Positions 12,414-28,487 of a stretch of DNA of 64,000 nucleotides are shown here, piece by piece. This DNA is from Phyllosticta citribraziliensis (Eukaryota): the NCBI RefSeq assembly GCF_038025025.1, contig NW_027117345.1, positions 1,736,001 to 1,800,000 on the forward strand. Reading direction: 5' to 3'. The translations under genes were made by a program, and so were the position numbers. Every line of letters begins with the position of its first letter. The first letter of the stretch is position 1. The notes under the pieces are model-generated. The model saw only the letters and a program-made list of their open reading frames with translations. It made no database searches and had not been told where the DNA came from.

Positions 12414-13317
12414 ATGAGGGGTCGAAGTTGGGGGGATCCATTTTTTGTGGCTTGCTGCTTCTGCGGGGAGCGGAAGGTCGGGCTGAGCGGCCGAGTTGCT
12501 CTTCTTGCCTTTCCTTCCGCTGGGGGATTCGATGAAGGAGGACAAAACCGAACATGTTGACTTCTGCTACTACTCCCCGCCGTCCGACGAAGCCGTTGGA
12601 CAGCGCGGCAGAGCAGCAGCGGAGCGGGCCCAGAACGGGGCTCTTTGGTTTTAAGCGGGCGTTTAGAAATCCGGGATGGGGGGGTGGGGGTACACAAAAA
12701 GCACCACAGCTAGCTGGTAAACCCTCTCTCCCCAATCATCCCCTCGGTCTCTTTTTCATCTATTATTACTACACCACCTTCTTGATATGGTGCTTTGGCC
12801 ACGATCGGATGAATTGAGATGGAATAAACAGTCACTCGCCACTCTCTTGCTCGGCCCTGTCTGTGTCTTGCTGCTCTTGCTCTCGTCGGCCGACTCGCGT
12901 GGTCTGATCTGGTCTCGCCTGGCTGTGATGCCTGCGTCCCTCCCCTCCCGTGCCCGGTAGAAGCAAGAAAAATATCTCTTCGTTGGCCTTCGCCAGGCGC
13001 CTGAACAGCAGACACGCGCGCTGAAAAATGAAGAAGAGCGGTGTTGGACGCACTACCTGCATTTTCAGCCACCTACCTCCCTTGGCTCAGCTATCACCCT
13101 GTCTACCTCTGTGCCTAGGCGCAAGTGTCTGCGTTTATGTGAGGTAGTATACTGTATGTGTGCTGTGATTGACACCCGTCTGCCCGCCTGCCTGTAATAT
13201 ATGAACTAACATGTCGCCTCTTCTTTTCTGCACTCTCCCCCCCTCCCCCCCCCTCCCCCTGCCTCCATCTCCCTGTCTCCACAGTCCGCACCCCTTCACA
13301 CGCTTCAACCGGGATTG

Positions 13318-13362
<45 letters not shown>
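13318..13362. repeat. (GACA)~11 microsatellite
   Basis: Perfect tandem GACA units. Confidence 0.95.
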
Positions 13363-13363
<1 letters not shown>

Positions 13364-13522
13364 AAAGCCAGCTATCCCTCCGTACATGTATGCATGTGTG
13401 CAAGTATGCAAATGCGGCGGCGCCGAGACAAAATTCAGTATCATTCATGTCATCACAAGTTGTTTGTGCCAAATGTGATGCGACCATCAGTACTAACGAA
13501 GCAGCCATCCATGATTCCATGT

Positions 13523-13574
13523 AGAGCAGAGCAGAGCAGAGCAGAGCACAGAGCAGAGCACAGAGCAGAGCAGA
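13523..13574. repeat. (AGAGC)n imperfect microsatellite
   Basis: About ten AGAGC units with two AC interruptions. Confidence 0.9.
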
Positions 13575-13747
13575 AGATGCACGGGCACAGGATTAGAGGG
13601 GGATGTGGCTGCTCTCATGACACACACGTGGATACACATGAGACATTGAGGCTGTTATGTGATTGATTGATTGACGACACGGCGAACGGAGTACATGTGT
13701 CCAAATACATGCACGTAGTAGACAAAGAACCAAGCACCACCATTCCA

Positions 13748-16618
<2,871 letters not shown>

Positions 16619-19600
16619 GGCGGGCGGATGGGGAGAGCCAGGCACTGTAGGAGCCAGACGGCGGCTCAGGACCCTTTTGGCTCAGAGGAGCAAGCGAGGA
16701 TGTGGATGAGGACGACAAAACGGGACTGCGGACTCGATTAACATGAGAGCATCGGCAGGCCGAGGCGGGGAAGCATACAGAGGCGCAAACAAGGTTGTGT
16801 AATCACAAGTCAGCCGGAGCCGGGTCGCGCTCGTCTGGAGGCAGGGTATGACGGCGCGAAGTGGTGCTTTGGGTCAGCAACGAACGGATGATGAGGGCGA
16901 GGGCGCTGGCGCTTTCGGACAAGGCGATGGGATGGGCGCGCAGACGAGGCGCTGGAGGCGGCGATTGGAGAAGAGGCGAGGGTTGGCGGAGACGGCAGCC
17001 GTGGCGTGGAACCTCAGGGCACGAGAAGGGTTGGACTGATGGAATTGGACAGGACAAAAATGTAGAGCAGTGAGGTACGCATAAGTCGAGAGGCAGGGCA
17101 ATGACGTTGGAGCAACAGCTCCTCCGCAGGGCACAACGAAGGCAGGGGACAGGGCAGGGCGAGGCGAGGCGAGACGAGGTGACGGATAGGAAGAGAGGTG
17201 AGGAAGAGGGGGTGAGGAGGAGTCAGGGGAGGCGACGGCTGTAGGCGACGGCGGAGGGGAGGCGGCGCTGGCGAAGATGGAGAACAGAAGCGAAGAAGAT
17301 GGGGGGATGGGGGAGCGATGGTGTTGGTTTTGATGAGTGAGGTGAGGTGGTTGACGACAGCGCAGGGCAGGGCCGGCGGGCTCCTGACGCGGTGCGGTCG
17401 AGGTGGAACTGGAACGGAAGCTTGCCTGCTGGCTCTGGCGCTGCTCTGGCTCTGGCTCTGGCTCTCGTTCGGCGGGGCTGCGAGTCCCAAGTCGAAGATC
17501 GCCGCGAGCCCCACGGCACCACCATCAATCACTTCATCAGCAGACGGGGCGCGCCAGGCCGAAAGCGAGCGCCGCACACTCTCGATTCTCAATTCTCAGC
17601 GTCCGCCGACAAATCCTGCACCCTCTCCCTCACGGTTCGCTCTGCTGTGCCTGCAAGCCAGCACGGCCAACCATGGCGTCACTCGCTCTGGGGGATCACC
17701 GCTGCCACACGACAACTTTTGTCCTTATCAGCTCCTCAGCTTCATTGGCAAGTATCGCCGAGTCGCTGCTCTCACGACTCGCTCACCTCCAAACCCGACG
17801 ATACCCCATCAAGGATTTTTGGCAGCAGAAAAGGAGTGCCTTTCGTTGAACGCGACTTTTGGCTAGCTCGGAGCACAAATTCGGGTCCCCTCACACAATC
17901 TCAGGTGATTCGAGTCCCTCTGCACTTCGGACTCTGATCCCGTACCCAACGTTACTCGTCTGTTGTCGACGAGCCTCAACCGGTCGGGCGTCGCATCGTG
18001 AGGCGCGCTGCACCTTTCACCGAGAAATGGTGCGCGTCTTGCATTCCTTTTGTGCCTTGGCTCTGTCCGTCAGGTGGCGTGCTCTACCTTGCGCATTGTA
18101 CTGTACCTGACTGGCACCTTGATGTTGAGCCGACTTTTCAAAGTCCCCGGTACCGACACAGGGAAAAACGCCAAGTGCCTGTAGCGTGCGCCACCACGGC
18201 CTGGCTCCGACCGACGGCAATGGCGCGCTTTGCCGTGCTAGAAGGCTTGGTTCTTCCAGGGTCAACGTGGAAACAACGATGGCGCAAAGCCTGTGATGGC
18301 GCCCTCGATGACGAACGTCAACATTCATTGCTTGAGGCCTCCCTGTCGCAAGTGAGACCAGACGGCACGGCTGCAACAACACCGGAAAAGTTTGCGGTGA
18401 GAGGTGAAAGTGCGCCACGGTGGCAGCAAGGCTTGCGATGCGTCTGGTGGTAAGCATGGCAACAGGAGAAAAAGAGACGAGAAACCAAGCATTGGGTCGA
18501 GTTTCCATTGGCTTGCATGTGAGCGCTGATCAATCTCGCAGTCGAAGGCTTCATTGATCCAAGAAACGCCAATAAAGCTGCGTCATCACCACAAGGTCAG
18601 TAAGAATCCGCCCTGGAAGATCGGATCAGCTGGCGGGTAAACAAGACTTTGAGATGAGTTCCTAGAGTCGATATCCCGAGCGCCTTCACCGGCGTGGCGG
18701 CGCGAGTGCCGTCAAGATGGCTGATGTGTACAGCCAAGGCGTCACTTTATGTGCCGAGTACCGTGCCATTCGGATTTCCTCTCGACATTAATCAAGGCAA
18801 GCGACGTCCACAACACTCTATTTGCAGTCAAGTCGACGTCGAGCAAGAAGACGCGATTCTCATCTAGATTAATCAATGCCAGGGACAGGCACAAGCGCGG
18901 CGGGTAGGGTCTGAAAGTGGGTACTCGGAACGGGTGGCAGAGAAGGTGGCTGGTGTTGCACAGGAACAAGATCTGTGGCACTGGCCCGTCGCCGTGTCTA
19001 AAAATGGACTAGAGGGACGAGCGAAAGAAGGGGAGACATGGGCATGGATGGATAAATGGATGCTCAGTTGGTCGTCCGTGGCGGGGAGACGGTGTCGCGG
19101 GCACTTGTTTCAGGGTAAAAATACACCACCAATTATTCACGCGTTGGACGTGTGGCGAAGAGGGTGTCGGAGGTGCATGCTGCGAAGCAGAGTGACGATG
19201 AAGTGCAGGCGGTTCGAGGTGTTAAAGCGGCATCGGCGCTGGTGCTTTGTGTATAGAGTGGTGTCAGGACGGAAAAGTCGAAGGGCTGATACGAGTATGT
19301 ATTAGTACTTGGTATCAAGGCACTCAGCAAGTGGGGGGAGGAAATGGGTGGGCCAGAGTGCTGGAGCTGGTACATGTGTAGCAAGGAGGTTTCGTCGAGG
19401 CGCAGAGAAAGAGATGATGAAGCTCAGCGCGGTGGACACAGCTGCGAGGGGATATACATAGCAGGTCGATGGTTACACGTCGAGTGAGAGGAAGTGGAAA
19501 AGCTCCGGCGGCGGGCGGATGCGAGGCGATGCGCTGCGATGCAATGCGAAATACATACATAGTGGCGGCGAATATAGGTTGCAGAGTGACAGGCGCAGAA

Positions 19601-20543
19601 ACACCAATGGGCTGTGGACGGCAGAAAAGCCACGGCAACGGCGCATGTGCATTTGACGGATTTGGCGCGGGTGCCGCTGAGCCTGAGCCTGAGCCTGGGT
19701 GTGTGCTGGCCGTGCAGCTCTCGACGGCCAGTGGTGTTGAGAGAGCCGTCGAGTGGGTGTGGGGTGTGGGTGTGGGGGCTGCGGTGCCGTGGGATTCGCG
19801 CAACGCAACGAGGACGACGGGAGGCCTCTGCCCGATCCGAGCGTGCGGGAGACCACCGTTGCTGCTGGTGATGATCATCAATCATCCTCTCCATCCTCCC
19901 AGCCTCCTCTCTCCAACTCCAGCCTCTCCCCCCAACTTCGCCTCAAGGTCCACCTGTCTTCCGCTATCCCCTCCATCCTTGCCGCCATCCAGAGGAAAAG
20001 AAAGAGACGAAGGAAAAAAAAAAAAAGTGTCAGGCCGCCACACGCTTCAGCACTCTGCCGCCCACCCCGACTAGCCTGCAACTGCGACGACTCCGCCTTG
20101 CCAGCGTCTTCCCCGTCTCTTTGCTCTCTCCTCACCTTGCGACCGACTCGCGCCGCATGTCGCACTTCGTCACTGTGCCACGACTCCAGCTGAAGTGACA
20201 CACGCCCGTCCCGAAGCCTTCAGCTGTCCAAACGCCCTTCCACTCTCCTCCTCCTCCTTCCCCCTCCAAACGTCACTCGCTCACTTTGCGATTTGCGACT
20301 CCATTGCCCGGACGCTGCGCTGTCCGCCCAATTGGTCCGCCCAAGTCTTCGGCTGGCTCCAGAACCCAGACTGCGGTCCCCCGTCCGTCCTGTTGAAACC
20401 TCCGGGATCCAAATCGAAACCACCGCCGGACCCTCACTTGCTTCGCCCACTGACCCCAATCCTGCTCTTGCCCCAGGCCCGCTGCTGTTCATGTTTTGAC
20501 CTTCGCCCAACCGCTCCCTCTTCGACTTTGCTCATCTTCGAAA

Positions 20544-23500
20544 ATGGGTGTCGACACGCAGAGACCGCCGCCGCTGCCCGCGCCCACTGAGAGCTCCGCA
20601 TTGGAAGATAGCAGTCGCGCCGACGACCTGGCCACGGACATCTCCCGCCGCACCGACCGCTCCCACTACTCCATCCCGGATGACGGTACACCAGTGACAA
20701 TTGCGACCAAACCCAAGGAAAAGGGCCTCCATCACCGTCACCAGTCGCAGACGTCGCTCTTAATAGAGTACTTCGAGGCTGGAAAGAGCGGTGACAAGGT
20801 GCATTCTCGACCAAGCGTCCGCGTCAGAGTCACGCCCTCATCCAAACACCGCAAGTCCAAAGATGCTGACCACGTCGACATCACCCACACCGACAAGGAC
20901 CGAAAGCCTGCATATACCCGAAGGGTGTTGCTGCCTTCCGGAGCCAAGCCTTCGGAAGGCAAAACTACCGATACGAGCGAACTTTCATACTCTTCCGAAT
21001 CCAACGTCAGTGGGAGACCTCCAGTGGAGGTCGAGGTCATGAACAACGTCAGTGACTTGTCGCGATCCGATTTGTCCCAGGGCCGCTATGTCCCCGCTCC
21101 GTCAGACATTTCTTCGATGCCACCGGACAGTTTGTTGGACGCCCCAGCCATCACCGCCGCTGCCGCTGGCCTGGCAGCGAGTCAACATCTCAAAGCTCCT
21201 GAGCGTCGGAGGAGCCGCAGCTTGAGTAGGGAGCGCATCATGACCCAAAAGATCATGGAAAAACTCAAGGATCAGCCCGAGTCGAGCAGCAAGAGCAAAC
21301 ATAGGCGGGAAAAGAGCGCCAGCAGCGAAAAGTCAAAAGAAGAAAAGTCCAGGCGCAGAGCGTCGCGCTCTCGACGCGAAGAGGCCCTCATCAGCGGGAC
21401 TACCGAGTCTAGCCTCCTCGCGTCGGAGCTGAGCCGCAGATCGGGAGATACGCACTCTGTCCGCTCAGGTGTTTCGACCACTTCATCAATTAACAACCCC
21501 AAACTCCTTGCCACGGTCGAAGATGCCATCAAGCGACTCATCTTACCCGAGATTAATGCGCTCAAGGAGAACCAGAACCGCGCCAATCAACCCATTTCCT
21601 CGTCCAGCACCAGCGAGAGGCGCGTCTCAAAGTCCACCAGTGCGCCGGACGTCAAAGTGGTGTCGGGCGATGAAAGGAGCACCCTTCTTTCCGTGGAAAC
21701 ATCTTCTGTCAAAGGCAAGAAGACTCGGCGGTCGAGCCGGTCAGGATCTGAGAGGAGCTATGATCGACATTCCGAGGATACCGTTACTGCTGATGATAGG
21801 TCTCATCGTAAAAAGAGCAGGGAAAGGCACCGTGTTAGGGACGCCGCTCTGATTGGGGGCGCAGCGGCCGGTCTCACAGCCGCCGCGTTGAGACACCACG
21901 ATTCTCACACCAGCATTGACAAGAAGGAAAGAAAAAAGAGGCGCAGTCGACGAGAAAGTCATACTGCGAGCTTGTCTGAGAGTATTGAAGACGATGATGA
22001 GTTGGCCAAGGAAGCTGTGCCACCTTTGCCCATGGCCAGCGAATTCCAGCCCTCCGAGGTCACCCGCGCGTCGCTTTTATCCGAGAACACCGAGGGACCT
22101 CATTCGGTTTCATCAAGGGGCGCCACGCCAGTCAAAGAAGTCTCTCGCGGAACGCCTCGCCCAGTTGTATCGCCTGGCGCTCGTAGTCCAACACGATCAC
22201 CTGCCGACCTTCGGAAGGACACGAGCAGTTTTGGCTCGCTCATTGACCAGGCATTCGGAACGTCAAAGCAACAACATGGCCTCCCGCCAAATGCTCAGGC
22301 AACTGCTCTTACTGCTGCCGGCGCCGCTGCAGCCATGGCCTCTCACCGCAGCAAGGGCAAGGAGCGAGATGGGTCACGTACTCCCACCCGCGATCTTTAT
22401 AGAACCAGCGAAAACTATGGAGATGGTGATGGGGATCAAACTCCACGATCTCGACCGATGAGTGCTGCTTCCGGCCACCACGTTAATCGAAAAATGTCTG
22501 AGCTTTCGCTCGACTCCGCTTCAAACTCGCCCAGCACAAACGCGGCGCGCTCGCGCAAACGTCCTCGGGGTACTTTTGAAAGCAAGTCAAAGTCTTTGGG
22601 CGCCCCGAGGCGTGAAGAAGCCGACGAATTCTTTGATCACGAACATGAGGAGAACGATGCGCTACGTGCTGAGATGGATGAGAAGCGCTTGACGGGTTAC
22701 ACCGATGAGAGCCTGAAGAGCTCCAACGGCCCGGTTGATGACCGTCTCCAGACAACTTACACTGATACTAGTCGAGAATCCATCGAGCAAAACATTCAGA
22801 TGGTGGGCGAAAAGGCAGGTTACGTCCACACGCCGGCAGCTGTCGAATCCGCTGTCGCCTCGCTTGTGGACCCATCGACGGTCAGTGTGTCCCACCTCGA
22901 TTCTGGAAATTCTGGAGAGTCTTCAGAGCAGCGTCGCTTCGCTGCAGATGAAAATGTCTTCATCGGCCACCAGGACAATCACAGTTCGGAGCGTTGGGGT
23001 GCCCTTCGTGACCGTGCGAAGAACCTGGCCCAAGCGCACGCGCGCGAGCTCTCCCCTCAGCAAAGCGAAGACAGTTCGCTGCGTTCGGAGCACGAAGTTG
23101 AAATGACGGCCAATGCCATGCCGTTGGGCGAGCCGGAGCCTGAGATTGGCCACGGTCTTGGGGACGACGGCTCGGATGTGACGACAAACCCCTCGGAAAT
23201 TCAGGGCCCGGCCCGTACCCCTGACCGCTGGCCTTATGAGCCGACCCCTCCCATGTCGACCAAGGGCCAGCGCATTGGCGAGGCTGCTGCTCTGGGCGGC
23301 GCCGCCGCCATTGTCAGTGCTGCGGCCGCCAACCTCTTGAGAAACGACCACGGGAGCCCTGCTGCGGAAGATCACCATTACCAGTCTACTGTCGAAGACG
23401 ACTATGACGAGCATGGAGAACCGTACCCCGAAGAGGATGATGATTTCCACCGCCGACACATGACCCCGACCAGTCCTGGCCATTGGAAGGACGAAGGGTA

Positions 23501-25502
23501 CATTTCGGCCGCTCAGCCTGGCTACACACCTGAGCCTCACCGGGACAGATCTCAGTCTTTCGATGGCGGCATGCCAGACTTTACCGGTGGCCTCGATGAT
23601 GACCCGTTCGTCTCGGGGGGCAAGAGTGGGCATGCACGTAACTTTAGCGGCAATTCCCATGGCATGTCGTCTCCTCTTTACGACAGCGCCACTGGCAAAG
23701 GACTTGACCGTATCCAATCCAAGGATATTGTAGCCCTCATGGACCATCTCACCGTCCGTGACGCCCAAAGGAACGCCCGCGACACTGAGATTCTCGTCAC
23801 TCTTGTCCGCAGCGCTGCTGAGATGCGCAATTCTTTCGAGGAGATGAAGAAGTTCATTGCCGAGCAGGACCGGATGATTATGAGCAATACCGACAAGGAC
23901 GCTGACATGACTGTTCAACGCATCCTGAATGGCCAACCTCCCGCCCGTAGCGTAGGCCGCAATTCGAGCGACGACATGGATGAGATGCAGTCAAAGCGCA
24001 AGAACATCTTCAAGCGCGCCCTGCGAGGCTTGAGCATGAAGAACTCGAATGATCTGGGCAAGATTGAGGAGATGCTCATGCAGCTGCTCGATGACGTCGA
24101 AGGGCTCAAGGAGTCGACGACGTTTGCTCAGCCTCCCAAGTCGCAAGACAGCCGAGGCCAGAGTATCACGTCTTATGAAAACCTCAGAGCCAACGATCCC
24201 GGCTATGAGCCCGAGGGACGTGCTAACACTGCGTCGACGCCAAACCAGTCTGGCAGCTTCTCTAACCCGTCGTCCTCCCGACAGCTTGGTCGACACTCTG
24301 GATACGATGGTCGCCGGGGCTCAGAACACCGCGTCAGCACGGTGCTCGAGGGGGACGAGGAACTAGACGAAACTCCTGAAGTACAAGGCTATGACGACGA
24401 GCGTCTTCTCACTCCAACCCAAGAGGCGAAGCGAAGCATGTCAATTACGCAGGTGACGCCTCCGCAGCTACAGGAGAACTTCCCAGATGCTCAAAGCCCG
24501 GACACGCCGAAAACCAAGTCGAAGCATCGGTCGACTGGCTCGTCTTCGCTTTTCGGCCCTCTGAAAATCTCGCGCTGGTCGAGAACGACGACCTCGACAG
24601 ATAAGGAGAGTGGGCGTAGCAAAAAGAACAAACCGTACTCGGATGCCTCACGGTCTGGCTCGAACGTCAATCTCACCCACTACGACGAGTATGCGGTGAA
24701 TTCGGACGACCGTTTGCCCTCACAGACGTCTCTACAGCGTGGCTTTGCATACGAGCACGGCCGGTCACCTTCACCTTTGATTCCAGAGCACGAGTTGGAA
24801 GACCCGAAGTATCATGCTCACCGCAACTCGCTAAACCTTGAGCATCCGCAGCCGCGTCCGGGCCCAACGCATCGCCACCAAACATATCTCGAATCTCAGG
24901 CCGTGAATTTCGACGACCCGCAGTCCCCAGATTTCGACCAGTGGGGCTCCGCGCCGAGCCTGGCACTCAACCGCAACCGGCTGAGCAGCAATACCGGGCA
25001 CATGTCGCCCCTCTCCGACGGCGGTTACTCGAACCACTCTGCATCCGAGCAAGTCAACAACAGCCGACAAAGGGATGACGGGCCCCTGATCCCCCAGGAG
25101 CAGCAAAACCTGCGCGCTAGCCTCCCCTTTGGTGCCAAGCCCATGCATAGCAGCCCCCTCGGCAACGGCCAGTATCTGGCGCCGCTCGCCCCTATCGAGG
25201 AGGTGCGCTATAGCTTGGAGACCGAACGGCGCTCCATGACCCCTTCGTCTCCACAGCCGGCGTCGCGAAGTGGCTCTGGCCGCAAGATCTTGAATGGGCC
25301 TCGTCCCATGGGGTCGCGCAGCCCACGGCCTCTCGAGCATTCCGAGACGGTGATTCGCAGGAAGCCGGTCGGTGATCACCAGAGTCAGCGCAGTTTGAGC
25401 CCGAGTAAGTAAAGATTCCGGACAAGAGGGAGGAGTTGATGGACTGACATTGTGACCTCCGCAGTCTCGTACCGCTCCTCGCTCGAGAGCGAAACCTTTT
25501 AA
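20544..25502 (+). CDS. Large (~1630 aa) Ser/Arg-rich intrinsically disordered protein with short ordered islands; terminal intron 25405-25464
   Basis: 1638-aa ORF; islands QTSLLIEYFE, VEDAIKRLILPEI, HLTVRDAQRNARDTEILVTLVRSAAEMRNSFEEMK (coiled-coil-like); GTAAGT...CTGAC...GCAG intron gives last exon ISYRSSLESETF*. Confidence 0.9.
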
Positions 25503-26573
25503 GCCTGGACGCTTCGTGCCGTCTTAGCTACCGTTGCGCCGCTTGATGTGAGAATGAGAAGACTGGCCCGTTTTGAACCAATGATACCCCACCTCCCTGA
25601 TGCCCGCCGTAGCTTGCTTGCTTACTTGCTCTTGCTTGCTGTTCTACACGCTCGCCAACTCTCTCCTCACGGCGGCAATTCCACGTTTTTTTCACTGTTT
25701 CCTTTTTTTCCTTGTTTGGCGTCTCCTTGCTGTGATTCGAGGCGAGTCGCTCGCCTACCATCTCCAAGGCCACATGGCGCGGCAAAGAAGCGAGAAACAG
25801 GAGGAAGACGCTCTTCGCCCCACACCTCCTCCCCCTTTTCTACCTCTCTTCGTATACTGCTTATACTTCTAAATGCTAATCACTTTTTTCTCTCCGATTT
25901 CCTGCTCGTCTACTATCCTGTTCCTCCTGTTCCCTCCTTCCCCCCTCTCTCTCTCTCTCCACATGTCACTGGTTCCTTGTCCCTCCTCTTTCTTTCCTTT
26001 CCCCTGATTTTGCTCTATTTGAAATGCGAACACACTGCTCATGATGAGATGATGGATGACGCCGATGGAAGGTTTTGCGATGGGGAGCGGTGCGCTTTGT
26101 TTGTCTGCTGTTGGTTGACGGTGGTCGCGGGTCCGTCGGGTGTGGAGGTGGTTTCTCGCGGGCGGGCGTGCGTGGTTGAATGAGTGGATGATGCGCTTGC
26201 GGTGGGGTTGGCTAGGTGGCTGTGGCGCGGGCGATGGGTATGCCGGTGGATCGAAGGTGTCGTCTGGATGGCGGTGGCATTGGAGAGAGCGGGAGAGAGC
26301 GGGTGTCGATGATGTAGTGAATGTGATTGCAACTGCTTGGTCCTCTTGAACTGACTGCTTGTGCTGATGACTCTGGTGCTTCGTGCAGTCAGAGAGCAAC
26401 CAACGACCACCAACCACATCTCGTTTCCACCTGCTGCGTGTCAAGCACAAGGAAATGCTGAATCGGCCACCTTGACGAGCATTCAAACATTACACTGCAA
26501 AAATCACGATCTACCAATCTTCCACCTTAGAACACTGGCTCCCACTTCCCCCAACCCTCACACCATCGGCGGC

Positions 26574-27355
26574 TCAGCGTCGCTGCTGTTCCCTCTCCGC
26601 CGCCGCCAAAGCCCTCAACTCCCGCCGCAAGATCTTGCCACTCGGCGCGCGCGGTATCTTCTCCACAAACACCACGCCGCCCCTCAACCGCTTGTAGTCT
26701 GCCACCTGCCCGGCCACAAACTGCGCGATCTCATCGGCAGTGTCGCTTCCCCAGGCCTCGGGCGCCTTGGCGACGACGTACGCGCGAGGGACCTGTCCAG
26801 CAGCCTCGCCCACCACGTCGTCGTCGGCGGCGGCGCCGTCACCGTCAGTTTCGACATGGGCGAGCGGCACGCCGATGACAGCCGCGTCCGCCACGACCGG
26901 GTGCGCCAGCAGCAGCGCCTCCAGCTCCGCCGGCGGCACCGTGTGCGTGCGGTACTTGATCAGCTCCTTCTTGCGGTCGACCATGTAGAACTTGCCGTCG
27001 CGCCACGCCATGACGTCGCCGCTGCGGAACCAGCCGCCGGGCTGCACGAACGCTTCAGAGTCGGCCGCTGAGTTGTTGTGGTACCCTTTGGAGACGACGG
27101 GCCCGCGCACCCACATCTCGCCTGCCGTGCCGGGCGCTGCGTCGGTGCCATCGTCGGCGACGATTCTGGGCGTTGTTAGTGGTGGACGTTGACGAGAGCT
27201 TCAAGTGACAGCATGGGACCAGACTCACCTCGCCTCGTGGCCGGGCGTCAGGCAGCTGACGCTGCCCGTCTCGTCCGTCTCGCCATACGGCAGCAGCGTG
27301 ATGGCGCCCGTCGTCTCGGTCAATCCCCACGTCTGGCTAATCAGCGTCCTGTTGG

Positions 27356-27386
<31 letters not shown>

Positions 27387-28487
27387 GCGACCCAGCTTGC
27401 GGCTCGCGGCCATCTGCAGCTCCTTGCTCATGGGCGCGCCGCCGCTGACGGCGTGCTCCAGGCTGGCAAACTGGTCCGTGACGAGCGGGTGCCGCGCGAT
27501 GCCCAGCCAGATGGGCGGCGCCGTGAAGAACGACGTGATGCGGTACTTCTTGCAGTACTCGAGGAACAGGCCAAAGTCGAACCTGGCCATCCAAAACGCC
27601 GTGCCTCCGATGTACATGGGGTTGACGAGGTACCCCTGGATGGCCGAGATGTGCGACGGCGGCAGGTGCGCGATGGTGCGGTACTCGAAGTTCGGGCGAT
27701 GCTTCTTGTTGTACGCCTTCCACGGGTCCAGGGACGTCACGGCCTCGGCGACAATGTTGCGGTGCGAGATCCTGACGCCTTTCGGACTGCCCGTCGTGCC
27801 GCTGGAGTAGATGAGCACGATGGTCGTGTCCTCGAGCTCGCCGGGATCGGTGATGCGTTGCCACTCCATCTTTTTGAGGCCCACGACGTTTTGCTTGTCT
27901 TTTGCGCTCCGCAGCTCCCATTCGCCCCCCGTGGGAATCACAAGCACGCGGTCTTCTGGCAGGCCAACCTCCTGTGCGGCGGCGAGGGCCAGTGGTCTGG
28001 TATCGTCATTGCAAATGAGCAGTTTGGCATCCCCGTCGCGCATTTGCTTGGCCACGTCGGATGGTGACCCAGCTGGGCTTGCTGCAGAATAGACACCACC
28101 GGCAGCGATGACGCCATAGAATGCGATGGATAGGAGATGGTGACCAGTAGTGACGCTGCAGACTACGTCTTTGCCAGGTCCTGATTCGCCGATTCCATAC
28201 TTGTGGCGGAGAGTGTGAGCAGTGCGTTTTGTACAGTCCCGAGCTTCGGATTTGGTTATGAAATGGTTCGAGTTGGCGCAAGAGATGGAGACTGGAGTGT
28301 ATTCTCTTGCGTGACTGAGTTCGGATTCTGCCCAACGTCAGAAGGAATTCGTCAAGTCAATCAAGATGGCCTTGACAGCGGGAAAAGTACCAAACAACAA
28401 AGTGAGCACATCGAGATCTGGGAGCGGCCACTGATCGGGGCATTTGTATATGATGCCCTCGGCCGTCTGCTCAAAAATGGTAGCCAT
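26574..28487 (-). CDS. 4-coumarate-CoA ligase-like acyl-CoA synthetase (AMP-binding superfamily), 3 exons
   Basis: YSSGTTGSPKG AMP-binding motif, QTWGLTET, WFRSGD, DRKKELIK, PSGKILRR; start MATIFEQTAEGIIYKCPDQWPLPDLDVLTLLF at 28487; introns ~28329-28390 and ~27167-27228. Confidence 0.92.
27356..27382. repeat. (CTG)~9 coding microsatellite (poly-Ser in the CoA ligase)
   Basis: Tandem CTG on + strand, read as AGC Ser codons on - strand. Confidence 0.9.
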
